DNA from: Verrucomicrobiota bacterium
GTDB taxonomy: Bacteria > Verrucomicrobiota > Verrucomicrobiia > Opitutales > Opitutaceae
DNA: 64,000 bases
Direction of reading: 5' to 3'
Assembly (NCBI GenBank): GCA_048497945.1
Contig: JBEHYX010000015.1
Span: forward strand, 4,740-68,739
Part shown: one piece after another, positions 9,004-19,500 of the stretch
Numbering within the stretch: position 1 is the first letter of the stretch
Layout of the letters: every line of letters starts with the position of its first letter
The notes under the pieces: model-generated
Seen by the model: only the letters and a program-made list of their open reading frames with translations
Databases searched by the model: none
Told to the model about the DNA's origin: nothing
Translations under genes and position numbers: made by a program

Positions 9004-10124
9004 AAGACCTGATCTTGCGCCGGGTTTATGCGGGCTTCGCGGCAAGTTGCGCCATCATCGGCACGGCGGCGGTGGTGGCGATTCACTATGTCGGCCAGGC
9101 CGAGGCGGACGCGGACTGGGTCAATCACGCCCACGCAACGATCTATGAGCTGGATCGGGTCGCCAGCAGCCTCGTCACCGGCGACGGCGCGGCCCGCACC
9201 TATTTCTGGACCGGGAACGCGCCGGAACTTGCCACCGCCCGCGGGGAATTCGGGGAAATGCGGGATCACCTGGAGCTGGCCAAGGCGCTCACGCGCGACG
9301 ACCCCGAGGCAACCCGCCAGCTCATGGAACTGGATGGGATCGCCGACCGGCACGCGCAGGCGGCACTGGCGCTGGCCGGCTCCGCCGCCGACCAGGATCG
9401 CGCGGCCAAGGAGGCTTTGCTCCGGTCCGACCCGGGCGGGGAAACGCTGCGGGCGGCCAAGCGCCTCGTCGCCCGCATGCGCGCGAAGCAGTTCGAGTTG
9501 CTGGACCAGCGCGACCGCGCCGCCTACCGCCAGGCCCAGATGACGCGGTGGGTGGTGGGAATCTGCATCGGGCTCGACCTGGTGCTGCTGGCCGCGGTGG
9601 CGTGGCTGATTCGGGACGATATCGGCACGCGGCGGAAGCTGGCGGCCGCGTTGAGCACCGAGAACGAACGGCTGGAAGCCCAGGTGCGGGCGCGAACGCA
9701 GGAACTCGTGGCCAGCAACAGCCGCCTCACCGCGGAAAACCGCGAACGGCAGTGGGCCGCGCAGTCCCTCGAGCACCAACTTCGCTACAACCAGCTCATC
9801 GTCGATGCCACGGGCGACCTGGTGTTTGTCGTGACGCGCACGCTGGCGGTCACGCGGATAAACCCCGCGGTGGCCGCCGCGACCGGCTGGACCGAGGAGG
9901 AGATCCTGGGCCGCCCGCTCGGGGACTTCGTCCGCGTGGCGGGAGACGGACCGGCGCCCCTGCTGGCCGCGCTGCGCAACGGCCGGGAATTCTCGCCGGC
10001 GGGGGCCGACTTGCTGGACAAAAACGGCCACAGCCTGCCGGTGAACTTCACATTGCTCCCGCTGCGCGACCAGGACAAGGTGGTGGGCGGAGTCGCGATG
10101 GTGCGCCGGACCAATCCCGCGTAA
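9000..10124 (+). CDS. Membrane sensor: TM-CHASE3-TM-coiled coil-PAS, no output domain
   Basis: Two TM segments flank WVNHAHATI...ARTYFWTG (CHASE3). The PAS domain (IVDATGDLVFV...RINPA...TGWTEEEILGRP) runs to the stop. Confidence 0.75.
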   Translation: MKDLILRRVYAGFAASCAIIGTAAVVAIHYVGQAEADADWVNHAHATIYELDRVASSLVTGDGAARTYFWTGNAPELATARGEFGEMRDHLELAKALTRDDPEATRQLMELDGIADRHAQAALALAGSAADQDRAAKEALLRSDPGGETLRAAKRLVARMRAKQFELLDQRDRAAYRQAQMTRWVVGICIGLDLVLLAAVAWLIRDDIGTRRKLAAALSTENERLEAQVRARTQELVASNSRLTAENRERQWAAQSLEHQLRYNQLIVDATGDLVFVVTRTLAVTRINPAVAAATGWTEEEILGRPLGDFVRVAGDGPAPLLAALRNGREFSPAGADLLDKNGHSLPVNFTLLPLRDQDKVVGGVAMVRRTNPA

Positions 10125-10136
10125 GCCGCTTTCCTC

Positions 10137-10502
10137 ATGAGCAAACTTATCCTTCACCTTGACGACGAGGTAGCGATCCGCGTGATCCTGGCCGCTTCCC
10201 TGGAAGAGCGCGGCTACCGCGTGGTCTCGCCGGCCACGCTGGCCGAGGCGATCGCGGCGGCCGAACGCGAAAAGCCCGACCTGGTCATTTCCGACCTGCA
10301 ACTGGATGAGTGCGACGGGCTCGAGGCCATCGACCAGTTGAAGACGCGGCTGCCGGGCGTGCCCGTGATCCTGCTCACCGGCGTGCTCATCAACCCGCAG
10401 GTCGCCCGGAAAACGGTCGCGCACCAGGCGGATGCCTACCTGCAGAAGACGGCCCCGCTGGAACGGATCCTGGGCGAGGTGCGCCGGCTGCTGGGCGACT
10501 AG
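10137..10502 (+). CDS. Single-domain response regulator (REC)
   Basis: LHLDDE, PDLVISD, VILLTG and YLQK motifs. Confidence 0.88.
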   Translation: MSKLILHLDDEVAIRVILAASLEERGYRVVSPATLAEAIAAAEREKPDLVISDLQLDECDGLEAIDQLKTRLPGVPVILLTGVLINPQVARKTVAHQADAYLQKTAPLERILGEVRRLLGD

Positions 10503-10503
10503 C

Positions 10504-12045
10504 TCAACCGCCGCGGGCGGGAATGGCCTCGGGCAGCAGCTGGTGCATCGAGCGCAGGAGGGTTTCCCCGCTGAACGGCTTCGCCAGGAACAGGCCGCCC
10601 GCGGGGGCGGCGCAACGCGAATCACCTTCATTGGCGATGCCGCTCATGAGGATGGCCCGCACCGAAGGGTTGAGGGCGCGCACGACCTTGATGAGGGCCT
10701 GGCCATCCAGGTTGGGCATGTCGAGATCGGTGACGATCGCGGCGATTTCCAGGCTGCGGGCCGCAAAGAGCGCCACCGCCTCGGTGCCATCGGCGGCGGC
10801 GATCGCCCGATAGCCGTGGCCCGTCAGCATGGCGCTGGTGATTTCGCGCACCCCGGCATCGTCATCGACCACCAGCACCAGCTCGCCATGGCCGCGCGGA
10901 ATGTCCATGAGCGCGGCACGATCCATCTCCCCCTCGAACCCAACCGCCGCCGGCAGGAAAATGCTGAAGGTCGTGCCGCGACCGGGCAGGCTCTGGACCG
11001 TGATGTCGCCGTGATGCTGGGTCACGATGCCGCGCACCGTGGAAAGGCCGAGCCCGGTGCCCTTTCCCTCCCCCTTGGTGGTGAAGAACGGTTCCCAGAT
11101 GCGGCTCATGATTTCCCGCGGAATGCCGGAACCGGTGTCCGCAACTTCCAGGAAGAGATGCCGCCCGCCCTGCGCGGGGAATTCCCCGCCGACTTTCTTC
11201 TCGAGCATGCGGTTGCCGGCGCGGATCGTCAGCGTGCCGCCGTTCGCCATCGCATCGCGCGCATTGACGCACAGGTTCAGCAACACCTGGTGAAAGTTGG
11301 TGGGATTCGCCTTGATCGGCCAGAGCGCGCCCTCCACCTCGTCGGCGATCGTGATGTTCTTGGGGAAGGTCTGGTGCATCATGTCGACCACTTCGCCGAT
11401 CACGTGCCCCGGCTGGATCAGCTGCGCCTCCCCCGTCACGCCGTGGGCGAATCCGAGAATCTGCTTCACCAGGCCGGCCCCGCGCGCGGCGCTGGTTTCC
11501 ATGTTGCCGATGAGCTTCTGGTCGCTTTCGCCCGGATGGCGCGTGCGCAGCAACGGCAATCCCATGATCAGGGGCGCAAGGACATTGTTGAAGTCATGGG
11601 CGATGCCGGCGGCGAGCATGCCGATGCTTTCGAGGCGCTGGACCCGCTGCATCTGCTCCTCGGTCGCGCGGCGTTCGCGCGCCAGGCGCACATCGTTCAG
11701 CGCCCGCCGCACGGCGGGCACCAGCCGTTTGGGGCGATCCTTGATCACATAGTCCGCCGCACCGAGGCGCAGCGCATCGAGCGCGCGTTCCTCGCCGATC
11801 GTGCCCGACAAAAAAATGAACGGGATATCCGGGACCTGCGCGTGGGCCAGCTTCAGGGCTTCCACGCCGTTGTATCCGGGCATGTTGTAGTCTGACAGGA
11901 TCAGATCGGGCTTGCTGGTGAGCCCGGCTTGGAAATCCGAGCGGTTGGAGACGACGGTGATCTCGCACTGCGGCCATTCCTCAAGCAAGCCTACGTGGAT
12001 CAATTCGGCGTCCTGCGGACTATCCTCGAGGTGAAGAATCTTCAT
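10504..12045 (-). CDS. Cytoplasmic hybrid histidine kinase REC-HisKA-HATPase-REC
   Basis: N-terminal REC, AGIAHDFNN, NLCVNARDAM, DTGSGI, FFTTKGEGKGTGLGL, C-terminal REC. Confidence 0.92.
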   Translation of the reverse strand: MKILHLEDSPQDAELIHVGLLEEWPQCEITVVSNRSDFQAGLTSKPDLILSDYNMPGYNGVEALKLAHAQVPDIPFIFLSGTIGEERALDALRLGAADYVIKDRPKRLVPAVRRALNDVRLARERRATEEQMQRVQRLESIGMLAAGIAHDFNNVLAPLIMGLPLLRTRHPGESDQKLIGNMETSAARGAGLVKQILGFAHGVTGEAQLIQPGHVIGEVVDMMHQTFPKNITIADEVEGALWPIKANPTNFHQVLLNLCVNARDAMANGGTLTIRAGNRMLEKKVGGEFPAQGGRHLFLEVADTGSGIPREIMSRIWEPFFTTKGEGKGTGLGLSTVRGIVTQHHGDITVQSLPGRGTTFSIFLPAAVGFEGEMDRAALMDIPRGHGELVLVVDDDAGVREITSAMLTGHGYRAIAAADGTEAVALFAARSLEIAAIVTDLDMPNLDGQALIKVVRALNPSVRAILMSGIANEGDSRCAAPAGGLFLAKPFSGETLLRSMHQLLPEAIPARGG

Positions 12046-12335
12046 GGGGGGCGAAGGTGTTTAATCCGTCACATCTGCGCTGGCCCACGCCGAGTGCCGG
12101 GAAAGTTATAAGATCATGCTTGTTGCAAGAAGCATACAGCAGTGCCTGACATGCGCAAGCCTCGGATGGAAATAAACTTTCGCGCAACCAGGGCAGCAAT
12201 TACGTCAATCAACCTGTATCTTTTACGATCAGGATTCGAGATTTAAAACGGTAGACGCGGCGATTTCACAACCGCTCACACAATCGCCATATTCTGAACT
12301 GCCGAAAGGAGCGGGGCCGCCTTGCACCAGCGTCC

Positions 12336-13493
12336 CTACCCGTTCGATTTGCCGGCTTGGTCGCCGTATTCCCAGTCGTAAGGGACACCGGTGTCGCCGA
12401 GGATCAGGCGGACGAGTTCGGCGAAACCGGCTTCGGCGCGAACGTCATTGGCGAGGATGACGACACAGCGCCGGCCATGCTCGAGGCCGACCAGCGTGTT
12501 CGCGGTCTGCTCGTTGTGGCCGCCCTTGAAAAAGCCGGCGCCCTGCGAGCCGGTGAAGGTCACGCACCCGAGCCCGGCCTGAAGGTCGGCGCGCCGTTGC
12601 GCGGGCGGCAGCTCCGGTTGGAACGTCGGGAATTGGTGGGCGGTGGTGATCGCCAGCTGCGGGCGCACGAGCTCGGCCCGGGCCGCCGGCGACAGGCCGT
12701 CGCCACGCATCAGCGCCGCGGCGAAAAGCGCGAGGTCGTGGATGGTCGTGTCCATCGAACCGGCCGCGCGCACGCGACTGCGCTGGTCGTGCTCGCCGGG
12801 TTCGCCCCGGTCGTTCCAGCCATCGGCCAGGTTGCCGGCGAAATCGGCGCGCCACTTGAGCGCGGTGCGGGTCATGCCGAGCCCGGCGAAGGTGCGGTCG
12901 GTCAGCTCGCCGAGCGAGAGGCCGAGGCCTTTGTCCTTCCTCCCCTGCTCGATCGCGAACTGCAGCAGGATCAGGCCCTCGCCGGAATAAGCGAAGCGCG
13001 CGCCGGGATCGAAATGGATGCGCAGTTTCTGATCCGGTTCGAGGAAGGCGAAGTTGGCGAAGCCGGTGGAATGCGTCAGCGCCATGCGGGGCGTCAGCTT
13101 CCGCCAGCGCGAGTCGTCGGCCAGCGCGGCATACTGCGGATACTCCGGCAGCGGTTTCCCGAGCAGCCCGGCGAGCGGCGTGTCGAGGTCCAGCTTGCCG
13201 GCGTCGACGAGCTGCATCACCGCGTGGGCGAAAACCAGCTTCGTGAGCGAGGCGCCGTACATGATGGTGTCCGTTTCCAGTTTGTCGCCTTTCGCATTTC
13301 TCACGCCATAAGCCTGCACGTAACGCACCTGCCCCTGGTCGATGATGGCGATCGCCATGCCGTTGGCGTGCGTCGCCGCCATGACCCGCCGCACGGCGGC
13401 ATCCACGACGTCGGGCGCGGGGATCGCGGACTGGTCCAGCGCGAACGCGGACGACATGAGCAACAAACCAAGCACAACCAGGCGGCGGATCAT
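12336..13493 (-). CDS. Secreted serine hydrolase, beta-lactamase class C / AmpC-like family
   Basis: Signal peptide; SxxK (ASLTK), LTHSTG and YSG motifs. Confidence 0.85.
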   Translation of the reverse strand: MIRRLVVLGLLLMSSAFALDQSAIPAPDVVDAAVRRVMAATHANGMAIAIIDQGQVRYVQAYGVRNAKGDKLETDTIMYGASLTKLVFAHAVMQLVDAGKLDLDTPLAGLLGKPLPEYPQYAALADDSRWRKLTPRMALTHSTGFANFAFLEPDQKLRIHFDPGARFAYSGEGLILLQFAIEQGRKDKGLGLSLGELTDRTFAGLGMTRTALKWRADFAGNLADGWNDRGEPGEHDQRSRVRAAGSMDTTIHDLALFAAALMRGDGLSPAARAELVRPQLAITTAHQFPTFQPELPPAQRRADLQAGLGCVTFTGSQGAGFFKGGHNEQTANTLVGLEHGRRCVVILANDVRAEAGFAELVRLILGDTGVPYDWEYGDQAGKSNG

Positions 13494-13532
13494 GGGCGCT
13501 AAGATCGTCTTGGCGGAGATCGTGTCAAAAAG

Positions 13533-13621
13533 TTAACCACGAATACGGATACCGATCCGCCGGACCACGAACCCAGGCTCCGGGCGCTTCGCTCCGCAGG
13601 ATCCGCGCAATCCGTGGTTAA
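13533..13621. repeat. Short inverted-repeat element (ttaaccacg...cgtggttaa family)
   Basis: Terminal IR. The right arm atccgcgcaatccgtggtt recurs near 4143 and 62898. Confidence 0.6.
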
Positions 13622-13641
13622 AACGGATCGTTGCCGAAAGC

Positions 13642-13669
13642 CGCCGGGGCGGAGACCGGCGACCACCTT
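13642..13669. repeat. AAGGTGG-type REP singlet
   Basis: cgccggggcggagaccggcgaccacctt nearly matches 62844-62870. Confidence 0.6.
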
Positions 13670-13672
13670 CAG

Positions 13673-16549
13673 TCACTTATCCTTCGCCGCGCCCTGCAGG
13701 AGCGCGTTGAAGAGCAGCGGGAAGGTGCCGTCGGACTGGCCGCGGAAGGTGATGTCGGAGCCGAAGGCGTAGAAGCGGCCCGAGCCGATCTTCGCCTCGA
13801 AGGCGCTGGCCTTGCCCATGAGGCGCTCCGTGCCCCAGGCCCAGCCGCTGCGCAGGGGTTTCCCGGAGTCGAACCACGCAAGGGGACGCACGCCCTTCGC
13901 GGCGGCGTCGGGCGCCAGTTCGAACACGGGATTGTCGTCGAAGTTCAGCACCACGTGCGCCGGCAGCCCGGCGGTGACCGCGCTCGCGGGATCCACGGCG
14001 ACGGTGAGCAGGCTGCCGGGGACGTGGAATTTGGACTTGGGCAAGGGCTTCTCCTTTCCCTTGGCGTCGGTCTCGACCAGGACGTTGCGCACGGGCAGCC
14101 CGAGGTAGGACGCGAGGTCGGTGCCGGACTCGAGCGTGACGACCGTGCCGCCCTGCTCCATGAATTCTTTCAGCTGCGGAACCGACTTCTCCCGCGTCAG
14201 CCGTCCGAGCCAGCTGCGATATTGTTCCGGGATATCCTCCGGCTTGGGTTGAGGGAGCTCGCGTTTGGACACGCCGCCCAGGCTGGCGAACGCCGCGTCG
14301 ACGAGGATGATCACGTCGTATTTGTCGCGCAGCCTGCCGGCGTCGATCTCCTGCGGAAACGCCACCTTGAACCCCTTGAATTCGTATTGCTCCAGCAGCC
14401 AGCGCGTCCAACCCGACGGCATCGAGCCGCCGTAGATATCCCACAAGGCGATGCGCGGCGCCGCGAGCTGCAGCGCCGGGCCCGCCGGCTTCTGCGCGGC
14501 CGGCTGCGCGGCCACGCCCAGGTCCTTCGCCGCCTGCCGCAGGATTTCCGCGGCGCGACCGCCGGCCGGCACGTAGAAGGCGTCCGGACCCGCCGCGGTC
14601 CGGTCACCGCGCAACCACTCCACCGGACAACCCGCCTGGAGCAGGCGGTTGACGACGACAAAGCTGTTGTTCACCGCGTGGCTGATGAGGAAACCGGCGG
14701 CCCCCTCCTCCACTTTGGCGGGCGGCACGGGCTGGACGGCGCCGTAGGGAATGCGCTCGAACGGGCCGTCGAAGCCGTCGAGCACGCGGTCAAACTTAAC
14801 GCCCATCTGGAACGCGAGCGTCCAGCCGCTGCCGTCACCGCGGTAAGGCGGGATCGGCGCGCCGCCGCCGGGCGGATATTCCACCGGGTGGTCCTGCGGC
14901 TCGAAGGTGTCGATGACCTGCGGGCGGTTCGACTGGTCGGTCTTCACGACCCACGAGCCGGCGGGATACGTGCGGCCGTTGACCGTGAAGGCGGCGGCAG
15001 CCTTCTGCACCACGACGCCGGATTTGATCAGGGCATTGATGAGGCGCGTGGCGCGGGGAAAATCGTCCTGGTCGGCGGGCAGGATGAAGCCGCGCGGATC
15101 GCGATTGGCGGGATCCCGGAAGACCGCGTCGAATTGCTTCACCCCGGCGCTGCCGGTGGCGGGTTCGAGTTGGCGGATCAGGCTCGGGTACAGCGTCCAG
15201 TGATCGCGCGAGCCGCGCTCGATGGAATTCCGGCCCATGCGGTAGATATTATAGAGCAGCTCATCACCGTGGCGCACCGCGTAGTTGAGCACGGCGTAGT
15301 TGAGCGAGACCGAGTACTCGATCGACTGGCGGAAATGCCAAGGCTGCGGCGGAACCGGGTTCGGGAAGCTGGCGTTGGGCACCAGCCGCTCGGGCATCAG
15401 CGGGATGGTGATGGGCGTCGGGTGGCCCTGCATCTCGGTGAGGAGGCCGATCTGGTTGTGGTAATAGGTGGTGTTGCGCAGGCCGCCGTTGCGCCAGGCG
15501 TTGTACTGCGCGCCGTTGCCGCGCGTGTAGCCGGGCTTGTTCTCGAGGTTCAGGCGCGTGACCATCGCGGCGCCGAGGGCATCCAGGCTCGTGACGAGCA
15601 CCGGGTCGTAGAGCATGTTGAACGGGTCGCGGTACGGCGGCCCCGCCACCACCGAGCCGACCGGGCCGGGCTGGTGGTGGTTGTAGATGATCTGCGGGAT
15701 CCAATCGACGTAGAAGATCCGTGCCAGGTTGCCGGACTCCTTCATGTTCATCATGACGAAGTCGCGGTTGTTGTCGTGCCCGGCGTATTTGTTGTAGAGC
15801 CGCGGGATGTCGAACTGGTCGCGCTTCGCGATGTCGTTGCGCATGTACCACGAGCTGACGATCTCCTGCCCGTCGGGATTGTCGTTCGCGAACAGGATCA
15901 CGACGTTGTCGAGGATCCGGAGCGTTTCCGGGTCGTTGCGCGACGCGAACAAGTAGAGCGTCTGGATCAGCTGGTGCGTGCCGACCGTCTCGGTGGCGTG
16001 CAGGCCGCCGTCGATCCAGACGATCGGCTTGCTGGTCTGCGCGAGGGCGTGCGCTTCGTCGTCGGTGAGATCCTCGGCGCGGGCCAGCTTCTGGGCATTC
16101 AGCCGGTAGCGTTCGACGTTCCTCAGGTTTTCCGGCGAGGAGCAGATCAGCATGTACTGCTTCCGCCCTTCCTCGGTGGTGCCGATCTCGACCAGCTTCA
16201 GCCGGTCCGACTCCGCGGCGAGTTTCTTGAAGTAGGCCTCGGTCTGGGTCCAGGTCGCGAGCTGCTTGTCGTCGCCGATGGCGAAGCCGAAGTGCTCCTG
16301 GGGCGAGGTGATTTTCGAAGCAGCCGGGACTGCAGCCAAGGCGAGCGGCGCGAGAATCAGGCTCGCGCAAAGCGCGAGCAAGGTGGTCGCCGATTTCCAG
16401 ATCGGCGACGGGTTGGGCAGAGCGCGATCAACACACCCCGCCCTGTCGGGCACCCCTCTTGATAGAGGGGACTTCGGCTGCGCGGATTGAAATTCCCCTC
16501 TATGAAGAGGGGTGGCGCGCAGCGCCGGGGTGTGTGGCTCGGCGGGCAT
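13673..16549 (-). CDS. Secreted M14 zinc carboxypeptidase with C-terminal GATase-like domain
   Basis: GLHATE (HxxE), NPDG, DNNRD and YNHHQ motifs. ATG overlaps the TonB receptor stop (TGATG). The N-terminus is encoded by repeats. Confidence 0.85.
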   Translation of the reverse strand: MPAEPHTPALRATPLHRGEFQSAQPKSPLSRGVPDRAGCVDRALPNPSPIWKSATTLLALCASLILAPLALAAVPAASKITSPQEHFGFAIGDDKQLATWTQTEAYFKKLAAESDRLKLVEIGTTEEGRKQYMLICSSPENLRNVERYRLNAQKLARAEDLTDDEAHALAQTSKPIVWIDGGLHATETVGTHQLIQTLYLFASRNDPETLRILDNVVILFANDNPDGQEIVSSWYMRNDIAKRDQFDIPRLYNKYAGHDNNRDFVMMNMKESGNLARIFYVDWIPQIIYNHHQPGPVGSVVAGPPYRDPFNMLYDPVLVTSLDALGAAMVTRLNLENKPGYTRGNGAQYNAWRNGGLRNTTYYHNQIGLLTEMQGHPTPITIPLMPERLVPNASFPNPVPPQPWHFRQSIEYSVSLNYAVLNYAVRHGDELLYNIYRMGRNSIERGSRDHWTLYPSLIRQLEPATGSAGVKQFDAVFRDPANRDPRGFILPADQDDFPRATRLINALIKSGVVVQKAAAAFTVNGRTYPAGSWVVKTDQSNRPQVIDTFEPQDHPVEYPPGGGAPIPPYRGDGSGWTLAFQMGVKFDRVLDGFDGPFERIPYGAVQPVPPAKVEEGAAGFLISHAVNNSFVVVNRLLQAGCPVEWLRGDRTAAGPDAFYVPAGGRAAEILRQAAKDLGVAAQPAAQKPAGPALQLAAPRIALWDIYGGSMPSGWTRWLLEQYEFKGFKVAFPQEIDAGRLRDKYDVIILVDAAFASLGGVSKRELPQPKPEDIPEQYRSWLGRLTREKSVPQLKEFMEQGGTVVTLESGTDLASYLGLPVRNVLVETDAKGKEKPLPKSKFHVPGSLLTVAVDPASAVTAGLPAHVVLNFDDNPVFELAPDAAAKGVRPLAWFDSGKPLRSGWAWGTERLMGKASAFEAKIGSGRFYAFGSDITFRGQSDGTFPLLFNALLQGAAKDK
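16380..16535. repeat. AAGGTGG REP (16380-16409) plus CCCCTC..GAGGGG doublet copy 2 (16430-16535), inside the M14 ORF
   Basis: Matches to 62808-62835 and 6548-6647. Confidence 0.85.
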
Positions 16550-19500
16550 CAGAACTTCCGGCTCAGCTCCACCGTCCAGGTGCGGCCGGGGAACAGGGAG
16601 CTGTGGACCGCGGCGTTGAAGCCGAAGTTGCCCGAAGCCAGCGGGGGCTCGCGGTCGGTCAGGTTGATGACGCCGAGTTTCAATTTGGTATTCCTCAGCC
16701 AGAAGCTCCGGTTCTTGTCGAAGTCGTAGCCCACCGAGGCGTTGAAGCTGATCACATCGGACACCTTATAGCGATAAACGACTGCGCTGTTGTCGGTGCC
16801 CTTCACGAGGTAGCTCGGCTTCCCGAGGGATTCGTAGATCGCGGCGGTCGTGGTGGTGCCGGAATCACCGAAGGCGCCGATGTAGTACGCGCCGAACGAG
16901 GCCGACCAGTGCTGGCGTTCCCACGCGAGGGACGAGGAACCGCGCCAGCGGGTGGCGCCGTTGACGCCGAGACGGTCCGAGAGCGTGACGGCGCCGCCGG
17001 CCGGGCTGCGCGTGACGTCCGAGCGGATCAGGTAGGTCCACTCCGTCGAGGCCAGGATCTGGCCCCACTGCGCACTGCGCTTCGTGTAGGAGAGGCTCAT
17101 GTCGACGCCGGACACATAGCTCTGGGCGAAGTTCTCGAACGGCATGGCGCGCGTGAGCACCCGGCCCACCGGGGCCATGCGCTGGCCGGCCGGCTTGGCG
17201 GCGTTGGCCGTGGCGAAGGCGGCGATGTCAGCCGCGCTGACGACGTCGCGCACGACGGCCGGGTCGCCCTTGTAGTTGGCCGTGCCGCTGCCGAGGTCGA
17301 TCTGGTCGATGCTCTTGCCCGCGGCGAGTTGCGACGCGGTGTAGGCCTGCAGGAGCGTGAAGTCGTTGTTCAGGATCTGCGCGTTGCTGCGCGTGCCGAC
17401 CTCGCCCTCCTGCTCGATCTGGAAATAATCCGCCGTGAGCGTGAGCCCGCGGATCTTCGGGATGTCGACCACGATGCCCGCGCTGCGGCCGTCGGACTTG
17501 ACCGGCTTCAGGTTCGGGTTGCCGGTGTTCATGCGCCGCTGGCTGTAGGCGCCCTCGCCCAGCGCGATGTTGCGGTAATTGTCCAACGGGTTGTCCACGG
17601 TCAGTTGCGTGGGCGTGTAGATGGCGGTGAGGGTCGGAGCCGCGAAGCCGCGGTTGACGGACGCGCGCACCATCACGCCGTCGAGGGGCTTCCAATTGAG
17701 CCCGAACTTGGGACGGGTCGTGGTGCCGAAGTCGCTGTAGTCCTCATAGCGCACCGCGCCGGAAAGTTCGAGGGAGTGCAGCAGGGGCAGCTTGCGCCCG
17801 TCTCCGACCAGGGGGACGACCAGTTCGCTGTAGGCGGAGTACACCGTGCGCTGGCCCGCGGAATCGGGGCGCGCGGTGGCCACGAGGAAGTCGTTGTCGG
17901 CCGGGTCCAGGCCGGAACCTGGCGGATTGACGCCGGCGTAGGGCGGACGGGTGTCCGTGAACTCCTCGCGGCGGGTCTCGCTGCCGACCGCGAGCGAAAT
18001 GTCATTGCCCCACAGTTTGAACAGGGGACCGGACGCGCGGACGTCGGCGCTTTCCAGCGTGGTGGTGCCGTCATGCCCGTAGGGCTGGATCCAGGACACC
18101 AACGCGCTCGGCGGATTGACGTAGACCTGATCGGGCACGACCGCGCCGTTCGAAACCTTGAAGGTGTAACCGAAGGGATTGTAGGCGGTGGCGTCTGTTT
18201 TCATCAGCGCCTGCTGGAACAGCGATTCACGGCCCGAGTTGTTGGAAATATCGGTCGCTGCCGCGCGCGAGTACAACGCCGCCGCCTCCCAGCTCCAGTC
18301 GTGCGGGAGCTTGCCGCGCAGGCCGGCCACGCCGCGGAAGGTGCCGCCGGTGACGGTGATGTCCTCGGCGCCGTCATCGACGTGGTACTTGCCCACCAGC
18401 ACGACCGCCCGCGGCGTGCCCGTGAGGCGGGCCGTGCCGTCGGGGTTCGGCGCACCGGTGGGACTGTAGAACCGCGAACCATAGGGATTGTAGGGATTGT
18501 CGACCGACATGGGCGCGTACTGGCTGCTCGCCGGCGCGGCGCTGCGGATCGGCTCACGGTAGATCTGGCTCTTCGCACGGTAATAGGAAAGGTCCGTGAA
18601 GGCGGTGATGTTCTTCGTCAGCTCGTAGGAGGCGCTCGCCATGAAGTTCTGCCGGTCCGTCGCGTTGTAAGCGACGTTCTGGAATTGGTTCACGTCGAGG
18701 AAATACGCCGGCATCGTGGTCCGGGTGGGCGTCGTGCTCGTGAAGGTCAGCACGCCGTTGACCGGCAGGAAATAATTGGTCGTCGTGCCCGTGCCGATGC
18801 GGAAGCTGGCGTAGGCGCCGTCCGCGCCGCGGCCGTCGAAGGCGCTGCCGGGGACATTGAACGGCGCCGGCGCCGCCGCCGAGTGGTCGGCGGTGGCGCT
18901 GACGTCGCGATCCGTCATGAAAATCGAGTCGCGCTTGAAGCCATCGAGCACGACGAGCAGGTGGCCGCGGCCGTCGGCGAACTTCATCCCCTGCGTCACG
19001 CTGGCCTGGTAGGTGCGGCCCGCGCCATGTTCCGGCGCGCCGAAGCGCGTGCGGACCCGCGTGCCGACGAACTGGTCGTCGGTGATGAAATTCACGACGC
19101 CGGCAATCGCGTCCGAACCGTAGACGGAAGAGGCGCCGTCGCGCAGCACCTCGATGCGCGAGAGGCCCTGCATCGGGAGCTGGTTGACGTTCACCGACAT
19201 CGCCGGGATGCCGTTTTCGTTCGACACCAGCGGCGCCGGCGCGAGCCGGCGGCCGTTCAACAGGACCAGGGTGAAGCTGGAACCCATGCCGCGCAGGCTG
19301 ATGTTGGCGTTGTCGCCGCGGGTGCTGGCCGCGCCGTTGTTCGATTCGTTGCGCGGCACGTCGGTGAGCTGCGGCAGGCGGGTCAGCAGTTCGACCGGCG
19401 TGGACGAATTGCTCGCCTCGATCGCCTCGCGGTCGAGCAACGTGACGGGCAGGACCTTCTCGGCGTCCATGCGGCTGATGTTGGAGCCGGTGACCTTGAA

